DNA of 64,000 bases from Candidatus Bathyarchaeota archaeon (GCA_963806535.1 CAWDYC010000003.1:224001-288000); one strand, 5' to 3'. Shown: positions 42,252-52,344, numbered from the stretch's first letter. Notes: generated by a model from the letters alone, not told the origin. Program-made: numbers and translations.

Positions 42252-42584
42252 TTTAATATATATTTGTGAATTAATATATTTTTATTTTTATAAAAAAAAA
42301 TAAAAAAAATATAAAATAATAAATATAAATTATAGAAAAATTAAAAAAATATTATAATTATATAAAATAAAATAATTAATTTTTAAAATAATATTAAATG
42401 TAAAAGAATTAAAAAGATTAGATATAAAATAGAATTAATAATAAAAAAATAAATTTAATTTTTTTTATTAAATTAATTTATTAATGTTAATAATTGTTAA
42501 TATATAATTATATAATAAAAAAAAATAAATAAAATGAATTAAAATAATAGATAATAAATAGTAAAAAAGAAAATTGAAATTAAA
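42252..42584. other. Almost pure A/T tract with no C on the + strand (possible consensus artefact)
   Basis: No C between 42251 and 42585; it overwrites the 5' end of the next gene. Confidence 0.7.
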
Positions 42585-42937
42585 CAATATCAGAAAACAG
42601 GGGCAAACACCTGTGTAGAGATTGCGTAAAAACATGTTCAAGTTGCGGTAAAAACCTTCCAATGGCGCATTGGTTTGGTCAGTCATACACTTCTAACGCT
42701 TTTGCTCAGAGTTTAGAAAAACAAGGAAAGCCTTGGGTAGGCTCAGGGGTTTGCTTAGAATGTTATAATAGTAAAATAGCTCAAGAGGAAAAAGAACAAA
42801 GGCTAATTAGAGACGCACAGTTAGCACATGCAAAAGAAATACTTGAGACACCAACAATCTGGGAATGCGGGTATTGCAAGACAATAAACAAAGGAAAGTT
42901 TTGTTCAAACTGCGGTAGCTCAAGAAAAAAAGCATAA
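42560..42937 (+). CDS. Multi Zn-ribbon protein; 5' end lost in the A/T tract
   Basis: HLCRDCVKTCSSCGK upstream of the called ORF; CLEC, WECGYC, FCSNCG. Confidence 0.7.
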
Positions 42938-42938
42938 T

Positions 42939-43298
42939 TTGGGGAAAAAACCGTTGAATAACAATGAATTAAGCGATGGAGAAGTTCAACTTTCTATCTT
43001 AACTTTGCTTTTTAACATCAGAAGGAAACAACCAAAAGACCCAGAAGTAAGAAGAGAGAAAATCATTGAAGTCTTAGGTCTCCCAGAAGATAGAATTGAA
43101 TTCAATACAGATTACCTTAAAGAGAAAAGGCTCATAGAAATCTTAGGAACTTATTGTGGTGGATGGGTTTTTGCAAAAATAACTGCTTTGGGTATTGACG
43201 CAATTAATAACAAAGAAGAGAGGAAAAAGACTTATAATTTCTCAGGGCTAAAGATTCCAATACACATAGAAAACAAGATTGCTCTTATCAATTTCTAA
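42939..43298 (+). CDS. Winged-helix hypothetical protein
   Basis: DYLKEKRLIE...AKITALGID wing motif. Confidence 0.7.
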   Translation: MGKKPLNNNELSDGEVQLSILTLLFNIRRKQPKDPEVRREKIIEVLGLPEDRIEFNTDYLKEKRLIEILGTYCGGWVFAKITALGIDAINNKEERKKTYNFSGLKIPIHIENKIALINF

Positions 43299-43729
43299 CA
43301 TCCACACAAATTTTTAGCATTCAAAAACACTCCGAGGGGGGTCTGGCATAATTTTGAGCCTTTTTTAAGCCAAAAATTTCAGAGGTTAACCAAACTTATT
43401 TAAAAACTGCTTTTACCCCACTTTTGAAAAGTTTCAATAATGGCTTAAAAAAATCAAATAATAGCCAATAATCAACAAAAATCAAAATCAATTCTGAAAC
43501 CAATAAAAATGGATTAATGAATTCCATAAAATAATTTGTCAGAAATTAATCGTAGAAAAAACCCCTATGTATGCCTTAAAAAATGACGAAAAATAACCTC
43601 AATTTAGCCTTATTTTTACCATTAAACTGTTGAACAGATATGCGTTTGTTAATTGCGCTTCTCAAAAAGGTTTAAAAAACCAAAAAACGATGCTTTACCC
43701 ACTATATTACGAAATTAAGGTGAAAAAAA

Positions 43730-44845
43730 TTGGAAACAACCAAAAAAGAAACGGGAAATTCAGATTCAGGGTTTAGACCTGACTCTGACAAATTAGATTA
43801 CAAAACGTTGGTAAAAAAAATTCAAGAAAACGGCGACCTTGTTATTTTAGGTCAAAAAGGTACGTGTAAAACTACGTTACTGCAACATCTAAGCAGAGAA
43901 CTTAGAACCGAAAACAACAATCACGTTATAATATTTGAAACCTTTCCGAAATGGATTCATGAATTCGATTCTATACCCTACATGATAATAAAAGACAGCG
44001 ACGTACAATCAACGGAAAACACGCCTTATCTGGAAGAAGACAAAAGCATTATTCAATGGTCAAAGGATTTCAAAGTTTTAAACGCAGAAATTGTTAAAGA
44101 TTTCTTGAAGCAAAACAAAGATTGCATATTCTTAATCGAAGTCGAAGACATGGAGCGAATAAGCGCATTCATGACGTTTGTTATTTATACAATCTACCGT
44201 AAACAATACCTCAGAGCTAAAGCTGGAAACTTGGAGACAGTTAACCAAAATTATTGGTTTCTCTGTGAAGAAGCCCATAACTTAATGGATTCAACGGTTT
44301 TAGCCAAAAAAACCTTTAACAAATTGCGAAAGATACAAAATGAATTCCGAAACCTGAAAATGCATTTAATTTGCGTAGCTTTGAGACTCCAAGATTTAAG
44401 CCCAAAAATAAGGAGCAAAATGTCTATCGTGTTAAGCAGAGTTAGCCTTGACGACTATCAATTAAAAGTTAGAAGCCTACTGAGAAATTCAAAGTTTAGA
44501 GACATAATTACAGAACTGCCAAAAGGTCAATTTATTTACCCTGAACTTGACCTTAAACTGACTACAGAACCGTTTAAGCAAATTGGCACACCAACCGAAT
44601 TTAAGCCAAAACCTACAGAGAAACCAAAAGAGCAATTCGTGGATGCATGGAAACCACAAATAAGGAAATTTAACCCAATCCAGAAAATTTTAAGGAAAAT
44701 ATTTTTCTGGCTACCAGATAGCAATAGTAATTATACAACAAATGACGGTGAAACTACAACAGAAGATAACAGCAAAGAAGATAGCCAAGGTGACGGATTA
44801 ATGACCTTAGATAATGGAGAAGAATTGTTTCCAGAAGAACCCTAA
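43730..44845 (+). CDS. P-loop ATPase of FtsK/HerA-like type
   Basis: Walker A GQKGTCKT, Walker B WFLCEEAH, NEFRNLKM...LRLQDLSPKIRS; acidic tail; AGGTGA SD. Confidence 0.75.
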   Translation: METTKKETGNSDSGFRPDSDKLDYKTLVKKIQENGDLVILGQKGTCKTTLLQHLSRELRTENNNHVIIFETFPKWIHEFDSIPYMIIKDSDVQSTENTPYLEEDKSIIQWSKDFKVLNAEIVKDFLKQNKDCIFLIEVEDMERISAFMTFVIYTIYRKQYLRAKAGNLETVNQNYWFLCEEAHNLMDSTVLAKKTFNKLRKIQNEFRNLKMHLICVALRLQDLSPKIRSKMSIVLSRVSLDDYQLKVRSLLRNSKFRDIITELPKGQFIYPELDLKLTTEPFKQIGTPTEFKPKPTEKPKEQFVDAWKPQIRKFNPIQKILRKIFFWLPDSNSNYTTNDGETTTEDNSKEDSQGDGLMTLDNGEELFPEEP

Positions 44846-44919
44846 AGTTTTTTAAAATAAATTATTAAAAATTGGAGAATAGAAAATATGAGCAACCAAG
44901 AAATAGCCGAAAAGCGATT

Positions 44920-44944
44920 TATCTACAGTTGTAGAGATGGATAC
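44920..44944 (+). repeat. Right terminal inverted repeat / attR arm TATCTACAGTTGTAGAGATGGATAC
   Basis: Inverted partner of 38750-38774, followed by AAATAT. Confidence 0.75.
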
Positions 44945-44975
44945 AAATATGTATCCCCCAGAAAAATTGGAATCC

Positions 44976-46010
44976 ATGAAAAACATGCCGAAAAGAAGCA
45001 AAGAAGATGGCAGTTACTGTTTAGGGATAGAATCTTCAGCAGACGATTTCGGTGTCGGTATAGCTACTTTCAATGGAGAAATTCTTGCCAACAAATACGA
45101 CAGCTACATACCAGTTGAAGGCGGAATTCACCCAAGAGAAGCAGCAAGACACCACTCGGAAGTTGCGGACAAAGTGCTAAAAGAAGCTCTGAGTTTTGCA
45201 GGTGTAAAACCAAACGACCTATCGGTTATAGCGTTTTCGCAAGGTCCAGGCTTAGGGCCTTCTTTACGTACGGGAGCCACTGTTGCCCGAGCTTTAGCTT
45301 CTTACCTAAACATCCCGCTTGTAGGAGTAAATCATTCTGTAGCGCATATTGAGATTGGAAAACTAAAAACTGGCGTTGTTGACCCTGTAACCCTTTATGT
45401 TTCAGGAGGCAACACCATGGTTACAGCTTTTGAAGCTGGACGATACAGAGTTTTCGGAGAAACCTTAGACATCGCCCTTGGAAATTGTCTTGACGTTTTC
45501 GCTCGCGAAGCAGGTTTAAAGCATCAAAAAGGTGTACCACTTGGGGCTGCCGTTGAGAGGTTAGCGGCTAAAGGAAAAAATCTGGTTTCTTTGCCTTATG
45601 TTGTTAAAGGTATGGATTTGTCTCTTAGCGGCTTGTTAACATCGGCGACAGCTCAATTGAAAAGTGGAAATTGCTGCTTAGAAGATTTGTGTTACAGTCT
45701 TCAGGAGCATGCTTTCTCAATGGTTACTGAAGTTACTGAGCGAGCGTTAGCACATACAGAAAAGAGAGAGGTTTTGCTAACAGGCGGCGTAGCAGCCAAC
45801 AAGAGATTACAAAATATGCTTCAAATAATCGCCGAAGAACATGATGCCCGTTTCAATGTGGTTCCACTTGAGTTTGCCACCGACAACGGCGCCATGATTG
45901 CCTGGACAGGCGTTTTAGCTTACAAACATGGTTTGGTTACACCGTTGGATACGAGTTATGTGAAGCTTCGGTGGCGAGTTGACAAGGTGGATGTGCCATG
46001 GATAAATTAG
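44976..46010 (+). CDS. kae1: KEOPS subunit Kae1 (t6A synthase)
   Basis: LGIESSAD, GGIHPREAARHH, NHSVAHIE, VSGGNT, DNGAMIA; start ATG at 44976 or 44985. Confidence 0.96.
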   Translation: MKNMPKRSKEDGSYCLGIESSADDFGVGIATFNGEILANKYDSYIPVEGGIHPREAARHHSEVADKVLKEALSFAGVKPNDLSVIAFSQGPGLGPSLRTGATVARALASYLNIPLVGVNHSVAHIEIGKLKTGVVDPVTLYVSGGNTMVTAFEAGRYRVFGETLDIALGNCLDVFAREAGLKHQKGVPLGAAVERLAAKGKNLVSLPYVVKGMDLSLSGLLTSATAQLKSGNCCLEDLCYSLQEHAFSMVTEVTERALAHTEKREVLLTGGVAANKRLQNMLQIIAEEHDARFNVVPLEFATDNGAMIAWTGVLAYKHGLVTPLDTSYVKLRWRVDKVDVPWIN

Positions 46011-46658
46011 CTGAACAAACGCTGTTCAAGAAGGGCGCCGAAGCCAGCCTATACCTTACAGATTGGCATGAAAGAAAAGTCATCGTAAAAGTGCGAATCC
46101 CAAAAAGATACCGTCCTGAGGCATTGGATAAGCAGATAAGAAGTTTCCGAACGGTACACGAACCGCAGTTAATGCATGAAGCTAAAGCCGCTGGGGTACC
46201 AACACCGCTGATATTCATGGTAAATGTTCCTCAAGCTTCAATCACCATGGAATATGTGGAAGGGCAGCAGATCAAGCAATTGCTAAACAAAGTTCCCAAA
46301 GATCAACGTCAGAAATTATGCCTAATAATCGGTGAGTTAATTGGCTAAACTTCACAGCCATGGCTTAATTCACGGCGACTTAACAACTTCAAACATGATT
46401 CTTAGCCCTGAAGGCAAAATTTTCTTTGTTGACTTTGGCTTAGGAGAAAGAAACATTGAAGTGGAGGCACAAGGAGTGGATTTACATTTGATGAAACGAG
46501 CGCTACAAAGTACACATTACCAGTTCTGGGAAGAATGCTTCAAGAACATCCTGTGTGGTTACTCATCGATTTTGGGACCTGAAGCAGCCGAAAATGTTTA
46601 CGAGAAAATAAAAGAGATAGAGAGGCGTGGCAGATACATTGAAGAAAGAAAACAATAA
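45998..46658 (+). CDS. bud32: KEOPS kinase/ATPase Bud32, indel near 46343
   Basis: KGAEA, HGDLTTSN, DFGL, ERRGRY. Confidence 0.93.
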
Positions 46659-47305
46659 CCAAAACTGCAGTTTTAATGGCAAAGTTGTCTTTTTTGCGAC
46701 AGGCAACATCAACAAATTCAACGAAGCCCGCAGTATCCTAAGCCCGTACGGAATTTCAGTCGGAATGCTACGCATGAAAGGAGATGAGATACAAAGTGAC
46801 AGCCTTAAAGAAATTGCAGAAACCAGCGCCAGAAACGCGCATAAACGTACCAAATTGCCTATTTTTGTTGAAGACGCAGGTTTATTCATCGATGCTTTAG
46901 GCGGCTTTCCTGGTCCATACGCTGCTTACGTTTACAAAACAATTCACAATAGTGGCATACTCAAACTCATGGAAAATGTAGCCGACAGGCATGCAAAGTT
47001 CAAGTCAGTTATAGCTTACATGTGACCAGACTCTTTGTGAACCAAAGTGTTTTTGGGGAGAATCGAAAGGAGAAATAACCCAGACCGAACGCAAACCTCA
47101 GGGAAAAACCCCTTTTGGCTTTGACCCAATTTTCCAGCCGATCGGAAGCAATAAGTCATTTGCAGAAATGACTATTCTTGAAAAGAATGGTTTTTCCCAT
47201 AGAGCAATGGCTATACGGAAATTTGCTGAATGGTACCAAACAGCAAATGCTAAAACCTTTAATCAAGCAGTAAACAAAATGTTATATTATCCTTCTTTGC
47301 ATTAA
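46627..47305 (+). CDS. rdgB: XTP/dITP diphosphatase (Ham1), frameshifted near 47020
   Basis: ATGNINK, EDAGL, GFPGPY, FGFDPIF, SHRA. Confidence 0.9.
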
Positions 47306-47327
47306 AGAAAATGAAGCGAGGCATAAA

Positions 47328-47875
47328 ATGAGCAGAAACGCCACAAGATCAAAGTTCTCTAAGTGAGCCCTTAATTACTGTCTTCGCCGTGGCTGGCGTC
47401 TTTTATAATCTTAGGCTTCGTAATTGCACTCACACCAGACATCTCACAGAAAACAAACGCGTTTTTCAACGACTTAACAACAGTAACCTATAATTTAGGA
47501 AGCTCAGGTACGCTAAACCTGCTAGCTCCCGCTAATCCCGCACAGCACATCGCATTCTTTAGAGCTATAATGGAATTCCTCTTAGCCGTTGGCATTACTG
47601 CAGATCGTACTCTTAGCACTCAGATTATTGATTCGGTCACCAATCAGACGGATAACTGAGACCCTCGGCAACTTGGTATTTTGGTTGGTGGCGCTGTAGT
47701 TGCAAATATTTATCTATTGGCCGGAACGCGTAACGGTTGGTTCCAGTTCTGGGCAGGGTTACTTTTGGTTTTAGGAATATCACTGATTGCCCGTTTCACC
47801 GTTTACCTTCCTAGCTGTTTACTCCAAGAAGGTATCTTAAAAAAAATAAATATGAAATTCGATTTTTCATGTTAG
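47328..47875 (+). CDS. Hypothetical membrane protein, several frameshifts
   Basis: Hydrophobic fragments; NLVFWVG, GWFQFWAGLL. Confidence 0.5.
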
Positions 47876-47932
47876 GGGCATTACTTTTAAATATTCGTTG
47901 ACTATGGTTTAGGTGCAGTTTAAGGTGTAACA

Positions 47933-48373
47933 ATGCCAAAGCAAGAAAAAGGAAAATCGCATTCGATGCGTCCAGTCAGCAGGCGTCCTCCAAGCTGGTG
48001 CAAATATCAGCCTGAAGAAGTAGAATCATTCATAATAAAATTGGCCAAAGAAGGCCATTCAATGAGCAGCATAGGCACCATCCTTAGGGATCAATACGCG
48101 ATTCCACTCGTGAAGCCTATAGTTGGTAAAAGCATAAGCGACGTTTTGAAAGAAGCAAACTTAGCATCAACCATGCCAGAAGACCTTTCAAACCTTATGA
48201 AGAAAGCACAAAGCCTCGCCGTTCACATGGACAAAAACAAAAAAGACCTACACAACAAACGCAACATGCAAATCATCGAAGCAAGAATCCACAAGCTCTC
48301 ACGGTACTATAAACGTGAAGGCGTCTTAGCTAAGAACTGGAAATACGAAGCAAAAATCGCTTCCGTAACCTAA
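47933..48373 (+). CDS. rps15: 30S ribosomal protein uS15 (archaeal S15/S13e)
   Basis: GKSHS.RP, IGTILRDQY, PEDL, IHKLSRYYK. Confidence 0.96.
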   Translation: MPKQEKGKSHSMRPVSRRPPSWCKYQPEEVESFIIKLAKEGHSMSSIGTILRDQYAIPLVKPIVGKSISDVLKEANLASTMPEDLSNLMKKAQSLAVHMDKNKKDLHNKRNMQIIEARIHKLSRYYKREGVLAKNWKYEAKIASVT

Positions 48374-48403
48374 ACATTCTTTCTTTTCGTTTTAAGCTTT
48401 ATT

Positions 48404-49936
48404 TTGTTAGTTAATGCACCAGCTTTAAATCCAATTAGGCACCTTTTTAGCAAAAGAGTGAATTATGCATGGCTGCAGCAACAAGCATCTATTGAACGCT
48501 TCTTAACTTCAGCAGCAGAGGCATCGAAAGTTATTCTTGAAACAGTACAAAAAGATGGTTTTATTCATTGTTTTTCACATTTGGATGCTGATGGGGTTGC
48601 AGCTGCAGGCGTAATTGGAAAAGCACTCTTTCGACTTGATGCAAGGTTTAGAATTAGGATTACTCAGCAGCTTGACGAAAAAATCATCGACCAAATCGCC
48701 GTTGACAAACCGCAACTTTTGATTTTAACTGATTTTGGAAGCGGCTACCTCGACATTTTGAATGAAAAGATTCCGAATTTCAAAGTTTTAATTCTTGACC
48801 ACCACCAAATAAATGGCACCTCAAATAATCCAAATTTTGTTCAGGTAAACCCTCATATGTTCGGAATTGACGGAGCCAGTGATGTAAGCGGTTCAGGTGT
48901 CGCTTACTTTGTAGCTAAAGCCGTAAACAGAGCAAATGTTGATTTGGCTCCTGTTGCGTTGGTCGGCGCTTTAGGTGACATGCAGGATAAGTATGAACAG
49001 AGAAGCCTATGCTGCTTAAACGAAATCATCGTTAACGATGCTGTTGCTGCCGGCTTGATTAAAGTTGAAAAAGACCTGACTTTTTTCGGCAGAGAAACCA
49101 GACCAATTCATAGGACATTGTCAACTACGACTAACCCGTTTATTCCAGGCTTAAGTGGTGAAGAAGACAAAGCCTTAGCTTTCCTTGCAAGCCTTGACAT
49201 ACCCATCAAACAGGGTGAAAAGTGGCGGGCGCTCCGGGACTTAAACGAAGACGAAAAAAAGCGGCTTTGCTCTGCTTTGGCTGATCACTTGTTGTCTAAA
49301 GGACTGCACATGGAAGTTGAGAATCTTATTGGATACATTTACGTTTTAACCAAAGAAGAACCAAACACGGCACTTCGTGATGCAAGAGAATTTGCGGTTG
49401 TATTGAACTCAACGGGACGTATGGATAGGCCAAGCTTAGGCATTGCTATTTGCATGGGTGACCGCAAAGTTGCCCTTGACGAAGCAAACAAAATATTGGA
49501 AGATTACCGCAAAAACATAAACAAATATCTAAGCTGGGTAAACGAAAAACCCGAACGAATGCGAGAACTCCAAAACATCTATGTCATCTATGGAGAGAGC
49601 TTCATTAACGAAAAAATCGTTGGAACAGTCTCCTCAATAATCGTCTCAACCCTAGTTAACAATGAAAAACCACTCATAGCTTTCGCGAATGTTGAAAAAG
49701 AAAACGCGGCCAAATTCTCATCAAGAACAACAGAAGCAGCAATCCGCAAAGGAGTTAACCTAGGCGAAGTTATGCGATATGCTTCAGAAGCACACGGAGG
49801 CAAAGGCGGAGGACACAACATTGCAGCAGGTGCGCAGGTTCCCTTGGAAAAGATTGAAGAATTCGTTAAAACCGTAGATGAACTTGTCGGCAAACAGTTA
49901 AGAGGCGAGAAGGTTGGAAGCGAAAATAACGCTTGA
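48404..49936 (+). CDS. RecJ-like DHH/DHHA1 nuclease (true start probably near 48469)
   Basis: HLDADG, TDFG, LDHH, GDMQD, GGGHNIAAG. Confidence 0.9.
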   Translation: MLVNAPALNPIRHLFSKRVNYAWLQQQASIERFLTSAAEASKVILETVQKDGFIHCFSHLDADGVAAAGVIGKALFRLDARFRIRITQQLDEKIIDQIAVDKPQLLILTDFGSGYLDILNEKIPNFKVLILDHHQINGTSNNPNFVQVNPHMFGIDGASDVSGSGVAYFVAKAVNRANVDLAPVALVGALGDMQDKYEQRSLCCLNEIIVNDAVAAGLIKVEKDLTFFGRETRPIHRTLSTTTNPFIPGLSGEEDKALAFLASLDIPIKQGEKWRALRDLNEDEKKRLCSALADHLLSKGLHMEVENLIGYIYVLTKEEPNTALRDAREFAVVLNSTGRMDRPSLGIAICMGDRKVALDEANKILEDYRKNINKYLSWVNEKPERMRELQNIYVIYGESFINEKIVGTVSSIIVSTLVNNEKPLIAFANVEKENAAKFSSRTTEAAIRKGVNLGEVMRYASEAHGGKGGGHNIAAGAQVPLEKIEEFVKTVDELVGKQLRGEKVGSENNA

Positions 49937-50162
49937 ATACAGCGACCAAAAAATGGCTAAAGCAGTTGCAAACGCGATTTCTCCAGATAACTTCAAAACG
50001 CCACCTGGACTTGAAGTTAAAACCGCAAAAGAAGATAAAAAAGTCGTGACTCAAATCCATTGTGAAGGCAAACTTGCTACGTTCACCGCCACTATAGATG
50101 ATTTACTTTTTAGCGCTTCAACGGCGGAAAAGACTCTTAACACAATAAGCAAAATGAAATAG
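49914..50162 (+). CDS. pcc1: KEOPS subunit Pcc1
   Basis: AISPDN, ATIDDLL; position after rps15-recJ. Confidence 0.85.
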   Translation: MEAKITLEYSDQKMAKAVANAISPDNFKTPPGLEVKTAKEDKKVVTQIHCEGKLATFTATIDDLLFSASTAEKTLNTISKMK

Positions 50163-50170
50163 CTAAACTG

Positions 50171-50318
50171 GAAAAGAAGAAGAAGTGTGCCCCCACAGCT
50201 TTTCTTCTTCTTTCTGAAGCAGAGAAGAAGTAGAACGCGGTGCTACTGCCAACTGTCCTTCTTCTTCTATCAAAGAAGAACAACACCCGATGCAACCACC
50301 AACCGTTGGCGTTCTTCC
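50171..50318 (-). ncRNA. Candidate three-hairpin small RNA with GAAGAA/UUCUUC stems
   Basis: Three ~50-nt units; TATA-like AGGTTTATC about 29 nt upstream on the minus strand; pyrimidine-rich 3' end. Confidence 0.4.
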
Positions 50319-50521
50319 AGATAGCATCTATTCAGGTCCTGATAAACCTCGGAACTAAGTTATGGGAAAAAAGAACTCAACAGTAACAAACCAAAGCTTA
50401 ATTACTACCAAAAAAAACACAAACTCTTATCGAACATTTGCTTTTAATCTTAAGCCCTAAATACATCGTTGATTACTGTAAAGTAAATAAATAAGGGATC
50501 ACAACATAAAAGAAACTTGAC

Positions 50522-52344
50522 TTGGTGAATTCAGTGAAACGAGTGCATGCAGTCTTCATGATAACAGTTTTCTTTTTACTAGTTTTCTTACCGATTGTTC
50601 TACCTTTTGGAACGGTTTCTGCCCAAAGCACCGGTTACAGCATTGACAAGGTTGACCACTCGATTGAGGTAATGTATTCTGGACAGGTTGCTGTTCAAGA
50701 TACAATTCACGTTTCTGGGCATGTTACAGACGGCTTTATGATTGGAGTACCAGCCCTGTATAGTACTGATGTCCTCAAAGTTGTAGCGTACGACTCAAAC
50801 AATTTGTACTCGGTAAATGTCGGAGTTCCATTGGGAGATCAGAGCGGATTTTACGGTGCCCAAGTAAACTTCAACGGTAACTCTCCTAGCGTTTTTACAG
50901 TCGCGTTTGTGCTTTCCAACAGTGTTATTACGGATTTAACTGGTGGCAATTATTCGCTTAATTTTCCTGCTTATCCAAGTCTCACCCAAAATGTCGCAAG
51001 CACAAATGTAACTTTAACTTTTCCAGCCACCCCTTACGAACATAACAATTACCAAAAATGATGGAGTAGTAAATGAAACAAACTATGTTACACAAAACTT
51101 AGCCGCATACACCTATTCCGCGGCCTCTGCAACCTTTCAGGTTTCTCCAGGAAGCCTACATTTAACGACCATAGACCAGTTAACTCGTCAAATAAATGTT
51201 GACCCAGCGGGTAAAGTTTCAGCTGTTGACAGTTACCATATGACAAACAATGGGGTGTTAGCAATTACTTCTTTTGTTTTCGGTTTACCAAGCAAGGCTA
51301 CAAGCATAGTTGTCAAGGATGAATTTGGAAGAGCATTAGCAACCAGTACCAGCAGCAGATACGAACCCCGATATTTTTTTAGCCAACACCACGCTGATAT
51401 CAATTTTATCAAGCTGGTCAATCTACATCTTTCACAATAAACTACAATTTACCAAGTGCAACCATTCAAGGTTCACAATTTATCCTTAAATAACTTCAAA
51501 CTTTTCCCATATTTCTCCTACTATGTTGAACAAGCAACTATCACATTCACTCCACCTGAAGGAGCAACCATAGTAACTCCTCAGCTTTCATCTCTTGACT
51601 CATCTTCAACAATAACAAGGAGCACCTTCCAAGATAGTCTCACAATAACTAGAGATGGCGTAAGCTACGTGGACTATAGCAGTCCCAGAAAGCAATACAG
51701 TTCAATTTTCCTACAATTATAATCCAGTTTGGGTTTCTTTCAGACCTACCTTTTGGGGTGCACTATTAGGAGCAATTGGATGCGTAGCTGCCGTTTTCTA
51801 TACAAGAAGAAAACCAGGCGAAAAAGAACCCGTAATGACTAAGACAGAAAGGTATGCTCCAAAACAGAGACCAAGCACACCCACACAACAGATGGAAGAA
51901 GTTCAGCCTGTAACAGGTCAAGCTATCACATCTGAAAGCCTCAGAGAATTCACCGATGCTTACGAAGAAAAGAAACAATTGAATGCTGAATTGAAGGCGA
52001 TGGATGCAAGAGCACAAAAAGGAAAGATTCCAAGACGACAATACAAGGTTCAACGCAGAGCCATTGAGATTCGATTAGAAACATTAGCCCGAAATATAAA
52101 CAAAATAAAAGATGCATTACGAAGCTCAAGCAATTACGCAGATTTGGTTAAACAGCTTGATTCTGCTGAAGAAGACCTATCAGACGCCGAAGAAAACATC
52201 AGAAAACTTGAAACAGGCCAAAGCACAGGCGAAATATCTATTGAAACTTACAAGAAAAACATCGGAGACTACCAGAAACGCAGAGACAAAGCCGAATCGA
52301 CAATAAACGGAATTCTACTTAGATTACGTGAAAAAACCCGTTAG
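50522..52344 (+). CDS. Type I membrane protein, ribophorin-I-like architecture, several frameshifts
   Basis: Signal peptide, two beta-rich repeats (IDKVDHSIEVMYSGQVAVQD; IDQLTRQINVDPAGKVSAVD), one TM, cytoplasmic helical tail. Confidence 0.6.

Larger units (their letters stand above)
38744..44950. mobile_element. Integrated tyrosine-recombinase element (~6.2 kb) with terminal inverted repeats and a flanking AAATAT direct repeat
   Basis: Low-GC block between TFE-beta and kae1; integrase at the left end; IRs 38750-38774 and 44920-44944; AAATAT at 38744-38749 and 44945-44950. Confidence 0.85.

Noticed and set aside
42468-42686. Hydrophobic 72-aa ORF
   Set aside because: Product of the A/T-only tract and antisense to the Zn-ribbon gene.
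44937-44975. Kae1 start at 44937 as given in the ORF track
   Set aside because: That ATG lies inside the element's right inverted repeat; 44976 or 44985 fits better.
50171-50318. H/ACA or C/D guide RNA, tRNA, or CRISPR
   Set aside because: No ACA tails, K-turn or box motifs, no cloverleaf, and the repeats are not identical.
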